Made by a program: the position numbers and the translations under genes | Shown: positions 26,830 through 40,077 of the stretch, one piece after another | Numbering within the stretch: the first letter of the stretch is position 1 | Layout of the letters: each line of letters starts with the position of its first letter | Assembly (NCBI GenBank): GCA_973851085.1 | Contig: OZ316775.1 | Span: 248,001-312,000 of the forward strand | DNA: 64,000 nucleotides | Origin: Ptychomitrium polyphyllum | Lineage: Eukaryota | Reading direction: 5' to 3' | Notes under the pieces: generated by a model | The model's input: only the letters and a program-made list of their open reading frames with translations | Told to the model about the DNA's origin: nothing | Database searches by the model: none

Positions 26830-29453
26830 ATGGGGAATCAGATGGGGTGCTTCTGGGTCGGCGATGCTAAGAAGAAGAAGCCGCGCGTGGTAGGCGGGTT
26901 GCGGAAGCGCGGGGACTGGGAAAATGAGTTGATCGAGCAGCAGGCCTTGGCGATGGCGTTGCAGCAGCAGCACAAGGCACAGCTGCGCTTCGAGCGGAGC
27001 ATGTCCAACCGAGAGGCTGGCCTAGCACCACCCCGGAAGAGCTACTCGGGCAAGACGGGTGGGGGTGGTAGTAGGGAGGAGTTTAAGCGGAGTGCTAGCA
27101 CTCGTGCCCGTCACATTGATGACTTGATGCTCGATCCTCGTCAGTTTCTTAATGGCTCCAAGGTCTGCTCGTCGGTTTTTCTTATCCAGGATTTTCCCTT
27201 CTTCGGACTTTTTCTTGCATGTGGACAATTGTCCACTGTTTTGCAGCTATTCGGCTGTAGGTTAGGGATACTCATCCACCACGTTAAATGAGTTCTACAC
27301 CTTTCCACATCTTGCCACAGTTGCATGAAAGAGAGGGTGCAGTAGTGTCTCTATTCGAATTTCGCTTCTTAACCACCCTCGATTCACATCTGCAACCATT
27401 GAGCAGCAATTTAGGTTGTAGATAGATGTGGTGTGGTTGCCAAACAGGCTGTCTTAGGACGGCTTTGAGGGTTCTTACTTTCGGCATTGTGTAGGATTAA
27501 GTCATATCATAGTGTTATTGGCAATTGTGTATTAGAGAATAATTCGCTCGGAACTCAATCAAATTGTTAGAGTAACTAGGTGTTGCCATGTAAAAGTATG
27601 GCACTCATTTGGCATACTTAGAGCTTGAAACGTTTGGAGTTTAGAAATGCTCCTGAGAGTATGAGACTGCAGCCCTTCAACGTTCTTGCTATTAGAACCT
27701 GGCTATTCCAGGTTTTTGCATGTCATAGTATGGCTGCGTAGGCGAGGGTGTGATGGATACTTCTCGACTTCTTTAGGGTGGTTGAAGCGATGTCCTGGTT
27801 GAATTCGGACTCGTGTGGTCTCAACATAGTGATGTCTTCTTAACCCCTAAGAAGTTTTTAAGATATTTTTGACTGACTAATTAGTGTGGCGTGCAGGACG
27901 GAGTTGTGAAAGCAAGTATTGAAACAAAGCATTTTGTGTTGGTGCATGGAGGGGGCCTCGGAGCATGGTGCTGGTATAAATCTATAGCGTTGCTTGAGGA
28001 GTCAGGGTTGGTGGCTACAGCCATTGACTTGAAGGGGTCGGGTATTGACTCGACGGATCCAAATCATATCAACAGCCTGGCAGTCTACGTTCAGCCGCTT
28101 ACAGACTTTTTAGAGAAGCTGGGATCTGATGAAAAGGTATAATCTTGTTTTTTGAAGTCCTAGCGAGATTGTCAGTTTCAAAGTCGAGAAATTGACCTCG
28201 AAAGTTTGTTTTTTTCCACCAACGTGCTATTTTGTTAGTTCCTACTCACAGAGGTTGTCATAGGAGACAGGCTCTAAGCATAACATTTTCATGGATGTCA
28301 GAACTTGCTAAGGCGTTCAGAGGAGCCTTAAAAAGTTTTTTATTTGATTGGACCTTTCCTCCTCACAGTGGCTTCAATAATGCAGGTTATTCTGGTGGCA
28401 CACAATATCGGGGGAGCTTGTGTATCGTATGCGATGGAGCGCTTTCCCAGTAAAGTGTCGAAGGCAGTCTTCGTGGCTGCCTCTATGATATCAAATGGCC
28501 AGCGGGCGTTTGATGTGTTTGTGCGGCAGGTACTTCCCACTTTCTCCACCCGATTTCTCATCTGCTTACGATATCTTTCGTTAAGGTTTGAATCTGCATG
28601 CATATTTAAACAGGAACAGCATAGTCCCACATGTAGATACACATACAGTATAAGGAAAATATTGCAAAATCGTAGGGTATGTTGTAACTAACCTAAACAT
28701 AACAGTATTTGATTTGGAGTATTGTTGTTTGGTTTCTTTGCTTTCGATCCTTGGTCCGTTTAGCAACATTTATTGCGTGAGTTTCTACAAGAGTGACTTA
28801 GTTTTAACTGGGTTTGAGATGTGGGTAGGAGAAGAGCGAAGACGACTTGATGCCTAAGGCACAGAAATTCTTATACGGAAACGGAGTTTCTAGTGCACCT
28901 ACAGCGGTGGAACTTGACAGAACTTTAATCAAAGATTTGTTCTTCAATGTTAGCCCGGCTAAGGTATTTTTCATGTAACTTTGTTTACTCTTGTGCATTC
29001 TTTGTGTTCTCCTTTGTGCATTCTTTCTGTGAATCTTAAGGATTATATCACAACAATCAAATTGGCAGTTATTGTTGTTTGAGTTAGGATTTGGGAAATC
29101 TGAAAAAGGACCATGTAAGTCACTCGGTCACTCTTGGATCAACCTTAACCTTTTATAAACATATCGTGCAGGATGTAGCCCTAGCAATGGTGTCCATGAG
29201 GCCCATTCCTTTCTCACCAGCTATGGAAAAGATGGAGTTGACCCTTGAGAATTATGGAAGCGTACGGCGTTTCTACATTGAAACAACAGAGGACCAAGCA
29301 CTACCACCAGAATTGCAACGAAACATCATCAACCAAAACCCTCCAGAACAGGTGTTCACTTTGAGAGGCAGCGACCATTCTCCTTTCTTTTCTAAACCTC
29401 AGTCTCTACATAAAATCCTACTTGACATTGCAATGATTGGTGCAAAAAAATAG
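26830..29453 (+). CDS. Methylesterase-family (SABP2/MES11-15-like) alpha/beta hydrolase with N-terminal extension. Exons 26830-27162, 27897-28136, 28386-28529, 28829-28963, 29172-29453.
   Basis: HFVLVHGGGLGAWCWYK, KVILVAHNIGGACVSYAME, YGSVRRFYIETTEDQAL, GSDHSPFFSKPQSL. All four introns are GT-AG in phase 0. N-terminal MGNQMGC and QALAMALQQQH..RFERSMS resemble the MES11/13/14 clade. Confidence 0.92.
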
Positions 29454-32400
29454 GTGTGCCTTTTTGTTATTCTTGTGATTAGGATTGTACTTTCCAAGGA
29501 ATGTAAAAAGATCATGAAGATACAATAACGCCCCATGTGCATGCACGAGTGACCTATACCTGGAACAGGAACAATTTAGTTGCCTATCAAATTCAAATTT
29601 CAAATAGTGGATTCTGTGTGACATGGTCACAAGATTTGCACTCTACCAGAGTGCCTGTAGATTAATTATGGAGGAGAATGATGTATTCCCTGCTTTGGGC
29701 AAATCATCACTCCTTATAACTTAGTTTTGGATGTTGTGAACAATTGGGACTGGCCAGTCAGGCAGATCGTGAGCATTTGACAATGAAAGCTTTCTTTAAA
29801 GCAGTTTTGTTTGGTAGTGGATGAACGAATGTAGAAACTGCAGAAAGCATCTTTCTCTTGCATGTGAAGAATATCGATTATTAGTGTAGGGTGAATTAAC
29901 GTCTAGAGTTGCTTGTGCCATTGAGCATTCAAAATTGTGAGGTTCACAGATTATGAACATGACTGGTGATACTTATGATAGCATACATTGATGGTATTAT
30001 GGTAATACACTTGTGCTACCTTGATGATACTTAATGTGCTACCTTAATGGTACTCAAATGATATCTAGGTGATATTTGGATGTTAAGGTGTGGATTGTGG
30101 ATTTATGGAGGAAGAATTATGAAATATATATTGAATTTCTTTGAAGGCATTTAACTACAATCTATTTGATGAAGCAAGCTATAATTTGTACAAAATACTT
30201 TCATTGATTATAAGGATAATTTTATATATAAAATCATGGTCTAGTTGAAGCCAAGAAGTTGTTGAATACCTTCTTTTCATTACTCAAGAAGTTGAAACTA
30301 GCATCAATTACTTTAATCCTTTATCTTTATTTAAAAAATCAATACATAGTTTGTTTTTAGAGTAAATTTTATAAAATGTTGCTTTATAGTAAATTGATTA
30401 GTTGGATTAGCAATCTAATGGTATTTTTGGTTGCAATTTAAACTTTTAGAAAATGAATTGTATGCTTTTTATTTTAAAAGGAAGATTCTTCAAACTAATA
30501 TAATTATTTAAAAAGTCAAATTTCCTTATTTAGATATATAATGGCTAAAAAAGAACAAAAAAATTGAACTAAATTATAATTAAATGTTTTTGTAAAAATA
30601 TTAGGTTCTTTAAATACAAATTTGTGTTTGATTTTATACTTAATATATACTTTTTAGAATCAAATATAGAGTACATAATAATTTGTTTTAAACATATAAA
30701 AATTCATGTAAATTGTTATTAGGCTCCTGGATGTTAGACCAAATATTACCGGATTTTTTTTACCGATCTTTCCCTATTGATACTACCAGACATCCTCCAA
30801 TAATATAGGATCTTGAATCTAGTATTTAAACCCTTAACAAAGAAAGTTGAGGATATGTTGTATTTGGCTTTTTTTATGAAACAAGTTATATACTCCATTC
30901 TTTGATTTATTTAAAGTTTTGTTCTTGAATATATGATTATATGTAGGTTTTTCCATTCTAGCAATTTTTATAGTACTTTATAGTTTGTTTTTTAATACTA
31001 CCATGTCTCCTCTATATGGTAGTATCAACTATAAATTTATATTGATTGCTTTTTTCAGATCAAGATTCTATAGTAAGGAACTACCAAGCCTCGATATACT
31101 TGGTAGTTATCAATCATAATACTGGTGTATTTGATCTTTTTGAGATAAGGATTTATAATAAGAAACGACCAAGTTATTGATTACTTAATAATTACTAACC
31201 TTAACCATTGTAGACTATAACAAAAATATAAGACAATATATAAAGTATAATGGATTTTATAAGTGAGAATTTTGTATGCATTTAGAATTTATAGCCTACT
31301 AGTTACATATAATAGTACTTAAAAGGAAATAGATTCTAATATATTAAATGAAATAGAACCTTTAATCATATGCATAATGTTTTTATTCTTAATTTTGATT
31401 TATAAAGTTATAATAGATTTTTTCCATTCTATAGATTTTAATGCGTAGGTGATGTGTTATTGGCTTCAACTAAGCCCTAATTCTTAGTGACATGATGGCT
31501 TTGGTTCTTTATTTTACTTTGGAAGTTGAATTACATACCTTTATATCTAGTTATACAAATGCATAAAAGGAGTATGAATTTAAAATCAACATATAAAGTG
31601 TATTATAACAATTATTTTATATTTTAATGATAAATAAAAATACTTACAGCCAATTCCAAATTTTCATTGTATTTAATTGGAAATAAGGGATTACAATTTA
31701 AAAACCTATGATAGATGAAATTAAGATGAAAAATTATAAAATTCTTGGTATAAAGTAGATTTACAATCTTAACAATCTTAGCACATATATAAAATATTTT
31801 TGAATAATTTGTGGAGTTATGGACAAATAAGCATTGGCAAACCATTTATTTAAATGTGAAAATTGGATCCAAAGAAGAATATACTTACATTGACAACAAA
31901 AAGGTGGTGAAGGAATAAAAACTTAGAGAATGCAAAATTAACTTTTGAAAGAGGAGATCTTTTACATATTACTATATTTAAAACCAATGTCTTATTAAAT
32001 ATAGAAGTTGTTGAACATTCAATTTAATTTTTAAAAATTGTACAATGTTAATATGTAAACAAAATATCCAATAACCATCCATGGATATATTGAAAAAATT
32101 GTAGATTATATAAATTAAATCTACAATTAGTCAAAACGTACATGAAACATATACAGGAGGAAAACAATGCATTTTATAACTCAATTTATGGACAATAATT
32201 AGAATTTAGTGAAAAAAAATTTAAAAAAATAGGAATTTTTAAGTTTCTTAAAATTTTCTTTTGTTTTAAGCCTTAATAGCAAGTGATTAATCTTAGCTCC
32301 CGCAATTTATGAAATTAAATCCTATTAAACAAAATCTATTGATCTTGTATATAACGGTTGAAAATCCAACAAATAAGGATTTTATCTCTTTGAACAAATT

Positions 32401-35400
32401 TTTTTAATTCCACAATTAGTTGATGAAGGTTTGACACATAAGAGATTCATTTTGGTTAGAAAGAATATATTGGTCTTGCATTTAATGGATGAAAGTCCAA
32501 TATAAAATAATAAATGCAAATGGAAGTGTTGAGTGAGTCTACAAATCAAGCATATATCCGCTTAATACTTGTAAAATTGAAGAATTTTAATCAAACAGTT
32601 CTTAAATCTTGCAAGATGAAATCTATATTTGGGCAAGCACGTATTTGAAAAAGAGACATTAAATACACAAAACAAGCTAAGTCATAGATTCCGCCTCACT
32701 TGGTGGTTTATTTTACCTTGCCTAGAGGACTTTCATTGGCAGTTCGCCCAATGTATTTGGATGTACAACTTGTTGTAAATGTTATGTTGTAAATAAATTT
32801 GGCCCTCAATTTTCTATTATCATTTATTCATGTTTTCTACTTCCTAGTATTTACCTTCTCATATGTTTTTGGAACATGGATATTTTGAAAATCTTGGGAA
32901 GACACAATAATATTCATAATAGATCTAGAAGTGGCAATGCTATAAAGGTCTTTCAATCAATGGATGGTTCAACCTTCAACATTCAATAAATGCAAGCATT
33001 TTCTAAGTACCTACTAGGAGGTACTTTATTTTAATGGAAGTTAAGATTTTTCTTCTACTACAATTGGAGGACAATAAAGAACTTATTAATTAAATTTTTT
33101 AGATGTTGGAAAGAAAAAGAACTATATTATAGAGTCAAATTAGATTTTTTAAGTTCATAAGGGGTGCCTTATTAGTTTTGAAGTAGTCTTTTGACTCACA
33201 AAAAAAGGTCAAATTTAGATATGGGCTTTATACAATTACACAATTTTGTTAAAAACAATCATCAAAGATTTGGTAGGAAAAATTGTGATATGTCCACTTA
33301 TAAGGATGTCAATGATACATGACTTTAAGAACATAGGCTCAAGAAATTTGCTTACCTTCTAATAAATTCCAATGCCTTTAATAGCTCAAATGCAATATTG
33401 TTGAACATGCTAATCATTGGCAATATTTTGCAATGGAATGTTTTGAATTATCCTTACAATATCATCCATTTGCCATTTGAATCTTTAATAACGTAGTTAT
33501 TTGATTGGATGAATATAAGTTTTTTAATAATAGATGCTACAATCTAGGCTCCATATTTCCATGTTTTGTATAAAGAGTGATGACGACTACACCTTCCAAT
33601 CTCATCAACATTATCAAATGCATTGTCCCTTACATTAAATGACTTCTTAACTACATTAACAAATCTATCCATTTTTGCATATTTAATTGCATTGTACACT
33701 ATCAAAAAGCCAAGCATAAAAAAAATTATTTGATATAATTTGAAGAATTCTACATATACCTACGTTCCACTTTACAAATGAGGTACTTGCATCCTATTTT
33801 GGATCTAATCTCTAATAATAAGATCAAATAAAAGTTGTCCTTTGCTTTTTACCTTGATTTCTCTAAGCACTTTAGAAACTACCTATACTATTTGAACTTC
33901 ATTTTAAGTTTTTAAGAAGAAATTAATTTAAGAATTTTTTTTAATAAATGAAGTTTTTTTAAATGATATAATTCTCAATTATCAATAGAAATTTTAAAAC
34001 TTCATATGCTATTGTCTTTTTTTCCTTTAAAAAAATTGACTAGTCTAAAATAGAAGTTTTGTCATTTCAAATGTTGTCATTAATATTTTACCTTTTATCT
34101 ATCTCTTGCATGAATTTGGGTCTATACAATATTAAATGTTGCATGCTTAAAGGCTCAAACAAAATTATTGCCAATAAACTATTATAAACAAATAAAATAA
34201 TATTTGAGACATCAAAGTTTAAAATAGTCCATAAGAAGGCCAATAATGTTATTATAAAAATGATTGATGTTATTTGCATATACATTGGCAATCCACATAT
34301 ACAACTTCTTGGCTAGCTCAAATTTCATTGGATGTTTAACTACTTTATCATTTTAATGGCAAGATGCTCCTTTGCTTTAGCAAACAAGCTTATCTAATGA
34401 ACCTTTGAGTGGAAGCCAATTAATCTTAATCCTATTTTAGACACTTGGTACCATTTATTTTGAAAAAGTATGTACTTAAATCGAATGAGTTTATTAGTAT
34501 TATTCCCACACATGTGTAGCACTTTTGCAATTTTCATTACATATGATACAATCAAGTTTGATTTCATTTTTTATATTTTTGTCTATGTTTTTATTTGATT
34601 ATTAATATCTAATATCATCTACTATCACAACATTCACAAATCACTAATGTATAGCATATATGAATAATCTTCATAAAGCTCTTTCTAATTTCAAGTGTTT
34701 ATTATCAAAAGTCGTGCATAATATATTTACATAGGATTCTTTGAATGGCAAATGTAACTTTGTCACTTCAAAAATTTGTACATTGTAAATGAAATGTTAA
34801 CCACATATTTGAATGAAAATTAATAAGAATTTGATTCTTGTAGTTGCACAATTTATAATTTCTATTTACAAATCTTTAAATGCTAATTCTTTCAATGCAA
34901 TTAAATGCATTCTATAGCTTTTACAAATAAACAAAGACATTCTAATTTTGTGGCTAGTGTGCCAATTCACTTAGAATTCCATAATGCCTTATTTATTAAA
35001 ATTCAACCACCACAATATATCTTAGTGTATTTAAATGCACCATTTCAGAACCATCTTCATTGACATTGCAAAATTTTTAGATACATGTATTTCAAAATGA
35101 CACAAAATTCAAAAATAAAAATAAAATTGACTTTAATTAATATTTATTTATTTTATATAAACAAAGCATGAAACCTCATTAGCTATTATAAAGAAAAAGG
35201 AGTTTTCAATCACTTGTCTTAAAAGGGCCCATATATCTCTATATCCAACATGAATTGTAACAATCTCTGCTCATGAGATTTGAATTCAAAAACTGTCACT
35301 CAATCACTACTTATGAACCTTGGACCTCTATGGAAAGCACATTTAAGGGAAAACTTTTTTGGTGCCATGGAGGAGCTTTGTATTCCTACAAAGGCTGAAA

Positions 35401-36053
35401 CTACAAAGACTTGTTTTAACTTGTCTCAAAAGGCACATTTATGGAGCACATGAATTTTGGGAGTTTTCTTCTTGGGATGACTTTAAGGATAACTCTAATA
35501 ATCATTATTGTTATTCCTGCAAATCTTGCCACCCCGAGTTACTTAGACAAATACCGTTCAATGTTAATGCATCTCAAAAAGTAAGTCTATTAATTGCCCA
35601 AATTGTACCAAAACAGGGTTTGGTGCATCGTTGTCTATTCCACACTTCATTTAGTGCCAGCTTCACTCTAAATTCCGTGTATTAGCAGAATATGTGAATA
35701 TTAAACATCCGCTTATGGATAATATCTTGCACTAGCCCTACTGTTTTGAGACATTGGACAAAACTATCAGAAAAGCTAAACTATCTCATCATAAGTAGTT
35801 GGTTGTCATGGTTCTAGTAATCCACAAGTCCTACACTTGTGGACGCTAGATGCAAAAAAAATCTCTCGAAGGCCAACTATAAATGTGAAATTAGCAAGCG
35901 AAATCCAGAAATTGAAGTAATTGGTCTTCACTTATATGGAAAAAAAACTTTCCAGGTTTAGTGTGCCAATTGTCTAGGATACTTTCCTGTACCATTTTCA
36001 CAATGTTGAACAATCCTTAACTACACTGCTTCAACCTATTAATGCAAAAATGC

Positions 36054-37778
36054 CTACTCATCATCGTCGCTGAACGTAATTTTCTTTGATGTAGGCGGTA
36101 TGATGGCTTTCTGTGCGAAACCCAAACAGATTCAAAACGACCGGAATTAACATCTTGTGGGATTCCACTTCCCAGAACGCCAACGATGCAAGCTTGATGG
36201 TTTAACTAAAGGCAAAAAGTGAAAAGATGGATGAACGTATAAATATGGCTGAGGAGAAACGTACCAATTCTGGGTAATCGTAGTCAATGCCAGCATCTTG
36301 GAGATTTTTCCTTCGTTTTTGGTCTTTCTTCACTAACAATCCCAGATGCCGCGACTGCTCCTTTGGGGTCCTCACCTATTGCAACAAGGTTCCAAGCAAA
36401 ATTATCAAAACAGAAAAATAGCCACTTTCAAGATGACCTGCATCATTTTCTAGGCTTTTCGTTTTCCATCACCATATCGAAGCACACACTAAGACCTTAC
36501 AGCGTCTCTACATGAAAACTGCAGCTCGAACCAGAAGCAACTATTTTTGTTCGCAGTCACATACTCTGTTATGTCTTTCGCGTTCCAGCTTTTGCCACTC
36601 AATTGTCCTAAATGGCTTATTCGCTCCAACCCACATTGAAGGTTTGAGCTTCTCAACGGGAACGACCTTCACTTGTAACATTGACTCAAATAAGAGATAA
36701 TTGTGCATAGCTTCAGCCACGATCGGTGCAACCTGCACTTTTTTGAAATCAAGCCAGGCTTATGGATACTTGCATAATTGAGGCAAAACTTTGCTAACTT
36801 GGAATCCAGAACTTTAGAGTGCACGTCACCGTATTTAGCAGAGTTGCAATCTTTCACTCGCAGTGCTAAAAATGGTTTTATACGGAAACTGAATTAGCGC
36901 TCAGAACCTACCTCGGGAGACTCAAACTCGATGAACGCATAATGCTTAGATTTTCCTGTCTGCAAACCGAACGGGAAAATTTGCATAAGATTCACGCTGC
37001 GTATTATCATCTATCACCCAATAGTCATAGAACCCTATAGTCCAAGATTTTGGTAACCCTCCAGGAGGCTACAAGAAACACCCAGTAGCTGATAAACACT
37101 GACCTTCTTGTTCCGAGATAGCCGAAGTCGCTTTATATCTCCAAACTGACTGAAGAAACCTGGCAGAATGAAAGAATCAGCAGACTTGTCAGAAACTAGA
37201 AGCAGAATTGTCTCCCAGGTCACCGGAGCTACAGACACAAACGAAACATACTCCAATCCTTAACGTCTTATAAATCTGCATTGGAAATCAAAGTCCATAA
37301 CCTCTCATCTGGTCTTCGTAAAATCCGTGAGGTATGCGCCCGATATAGATGACAGCAGACTTCCCTGAGGTGGTGTAACTTGAGACCGGAATGACTTTGC
37401 TCTTCTTTCCCCGTTTAGATGCAATTTTCTGGTCTGCTGTGGTATCTAAGGGCTGTTTAACCACCAAACCGATCATAAAATTTAGCGGTTCCTTCTCTGA
37501 TTCAAGATATTCATCAACAGAAAGAAACACACGGTTCAAAATATAACCGAGATTGGGGCGTCGTATCCCCCATTACGGCCAAAACGTACAAAAACCCAGA
37601 AAACTCCGAAAGCCCCAAAGACATCCATGAGATTTCTCACCATGAAAGCGGCGTTATGGATATCATGGTGGGGCTTGGTGGGCTCGAGGGCCGCGGCAGT
37701 GAGGCGCTTCTTCTTGGGGTGAGGGAGTGAGTGAGGTTTTCTCTTGGACCCAAGGGCCATCGTGCGCTGGGCCAACAT
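36054..37778 (-). CDS. Nucleolar RRM protein, NIFK (MKI67IP)/Nop15-like, 7 exons. Alternative start ATG at 37760.
   Basis: VIYIGRIPHGFYEDQMR|GFFSQFGDIKRLRLSRNKK|TGKSKHYAFIEFESPE|VAPIVAEAMHNYLLFE..GIDYDYPEL|KAIIPPTSKKITFSDDDE-TAG (stop at 36056-36054). Exons approx. 37778-37641, 37452-37302, ~37159-37104, ~36959-36912, ~36732-36562, ~36376-36265, 36110-36054. Confidence 0.9.
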
Positions 37779-37934
37779 GGCTGCAAAGAGTGCGGAAAAG
37801 AAATGAAATGAAGAGAAGTTGAAACTGATACAAGTGCTAGCTAAACTCTAAAGAAGCCAAGGCAGAGGCGCGCTGCTTGTTCTAAGCACACTCCACACTC
37901 CACAGCTGACCCACTGCAACGAAAATGAGGTATA

Positions 37935-37942
37935 TAGGGTTT
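37935..37942 (-). promoter_or_regulatory. Telo-box AAACCCTA, followed on the minus strand by a TATA-like TATATA, upstream of the NIFK-like gene
   Basis: TAGGGTTT on + at 37935-37942, with further degenerate TTAGGG units to ~37960. Typical of ribosome-biogenesis gene promoters. Confidence 0.5.
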
Positions 37943-38030
37943 AAGAGTTAGGGCTTAGGTATTTGGCCCCATCTGTACCAAACGAACCGCATGGCGATGA
38001 GAAAACGCACGAGCTGCCCTCGTGCTGGTG

Positions 38031-38100
38031 CATCCTTCATCCTTCAGCCTTCATCCTTCAGCCTTCATCCTTCATCCTTCATCCTTCATCCTTCATCCTT
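38031..38100. repeat. (CATCCTT)n heptamer microsatellite, 10 units
   Basis: catccttcatccttcagccttcatcctt... It accounts for the low-complexity ORFs at 37963-38293. Confidence 0.95.
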
Positions 38101-40077
38101 CGTCCCCAGCATCCCCACCCATGCAGCCCCTGCCACGTCACGACGCCGCAGTCACACAGAGGGGGCTCATCGATGGGCTCCGAGCAACGCCATCGAGTCT
38201 GTGCATGTGCATGGTGTCCAGTACGTAATTGTTCACTTAGTGTGTATTGAATTAATGGCAAACCTTTGCTTAGTGAACATTAAAACAAACTAACAATGTT
38301 GTTGCATACTTACAATTTGAATAAAAATGTGTCATATGGCATTTGAATTCATAGAATTAACAACCTATCATCCTAAATTCCTAATTTTTTTTTTGCTTTT
38401 CAAAATATAAAGTTGCCTAATGCATTAGCATGTTTCTACCACCATCCAAATATAAAACATAATATATATATAAACACATCATTGTTAGCTATTAGAAAGA
38501 TGTTAATTAACACCACAAGATTTTAAGTATCTTGTCTTATTTTCCTAATTTTATTAAACTTTAAAATCCATCATTTTGGAAAACTTAATAATTTTCTTTA
38601 AGACCATGCTTTTATAAAACTTTGGCTAAATGTATGCAAATTTACAAGAACATCTAAGTTACTTATCCAAATTCTGTTATATTTTATATAAGAAACCAAA
38701 TAAGAATTGCACATCAATTAAAAATACAAAACCTGCTAGAAAATCAATTTATAATGAATAATAAGGTGTCACGTGAAGTGACATTGGAGGGCCACATCAC
38801 GTCAATTAGTTTGTTAAATGGACTCTTATAGGAGTCCATGTTATATTTGGATGAGTTTCATCCAAATTTCAAGGCTCATCCACTTTGGGTTTGGTTGTAA
38901 GTAGGAGAAGAGCTTCTTGACTTGACATTGTTGTCAAGTCAAGTCTTGTGAGTGTATTTTTGGAGAAGAAACATATGTTGTTGTTTTATTGTGGCTATGG
39001 TTTTAATAAAGTCTTAAGCTTTCTGCTACATTTGCACTCTTGGATTCTCCCTTTATGAAATGAGAGATAGCTTGACTCTTATGTGAATGATTAATTGCTT
39101 GAGTGTGGAAAAAAATTAAGTTACTTGACAACAATGTTCTCATATTTACTATAGATCTCAAAGTTGAGTTTAAGTAATTGAAGAAAGTTTGTGAGTACTT
39201 ACTATGTTGTTGTAGAGTGCGGTTAGAGAAAGAGAACTCAACAAACGGTGTATGATTTGGACCTAAAATCTTCACATTTCCTAGATTTCAGAATCTTCAT
39301 TTTTGTGGATTTTAGAATCTTCATTTCTGTAGATTTTAGACAGGAGTCCTAAAAGCGTCAAGGACCTAAATTTATCGGGTCCTAAATCCGTCAGGGACCT
39401 AAATCCGTCTCTATACAGCCTCTAATTTCTCAATTACTGCGACTCCATAACTTTTGCAAAAAATGTTATTTTTGAATTTCGTTTGCAGATTTGGGTTCTC
39501 TAGGGGTGAATACATATATTGGGAAAGAAAACTTTTGGTGATAAAAGTTTTTCAAAAATCACATTTTTACGTGTTTGTTTTAAAATAAAAATAAAACTAG
39601 AGTCTAAACTTTGGAGATGGATTGTAAGGATATTTTGACTCAATTTTGAGCAAAATTTGCACATATATTTGGAATTTTAGCCATTTAATCCAATTTTAGT
39701 GTTGGATTGGCTTTGTGGCAAATTGTATTTCCTAGTGTTGCTATTTTCATTGAGAGATTTGTATTTTTGAACACTGCGGCCAAAGTTTCCCACTATCCTT
39801 TTAGTTTAAGATTTGAGATAACACTTTTAGTGTTTTCTTTTGCATTGCAAGTTTTTGCGACTTTGTGGCTATCAGCCGCAGGCATGTGCTACTTGCTCTA
39901 ATCCACTTGCATTTTGCAATTTGTTGTTGGGAAGAAAATCCAGGCTTTGAATTTCTGGTTTTTGTTATGGTATCTTCCCAGGTTGCGAGCATTGTTGCTG
40001 TTGGTTTATAGTGTTGCTCCATTTTGTATTGTCCATTTGTTCTTTAGATAGTTGCAAGTACCCAAGTAGTCATTTTT

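Noticed and set aside
29960..35150. 5-kb AT-rich tract with faint peptide-like remnants (e.g. minus-strand KFELAKKLY at ~34300), possibly a Helitron relic
   Set aside because: No diagnostic motif or terminus could be established by eye. It would need tBLASTx against a repeat library.
37963..38293. Low-complexity ORFs (FILHPSS repeats)
   Set aside because: Translations of the CATCCTT microsatellite.
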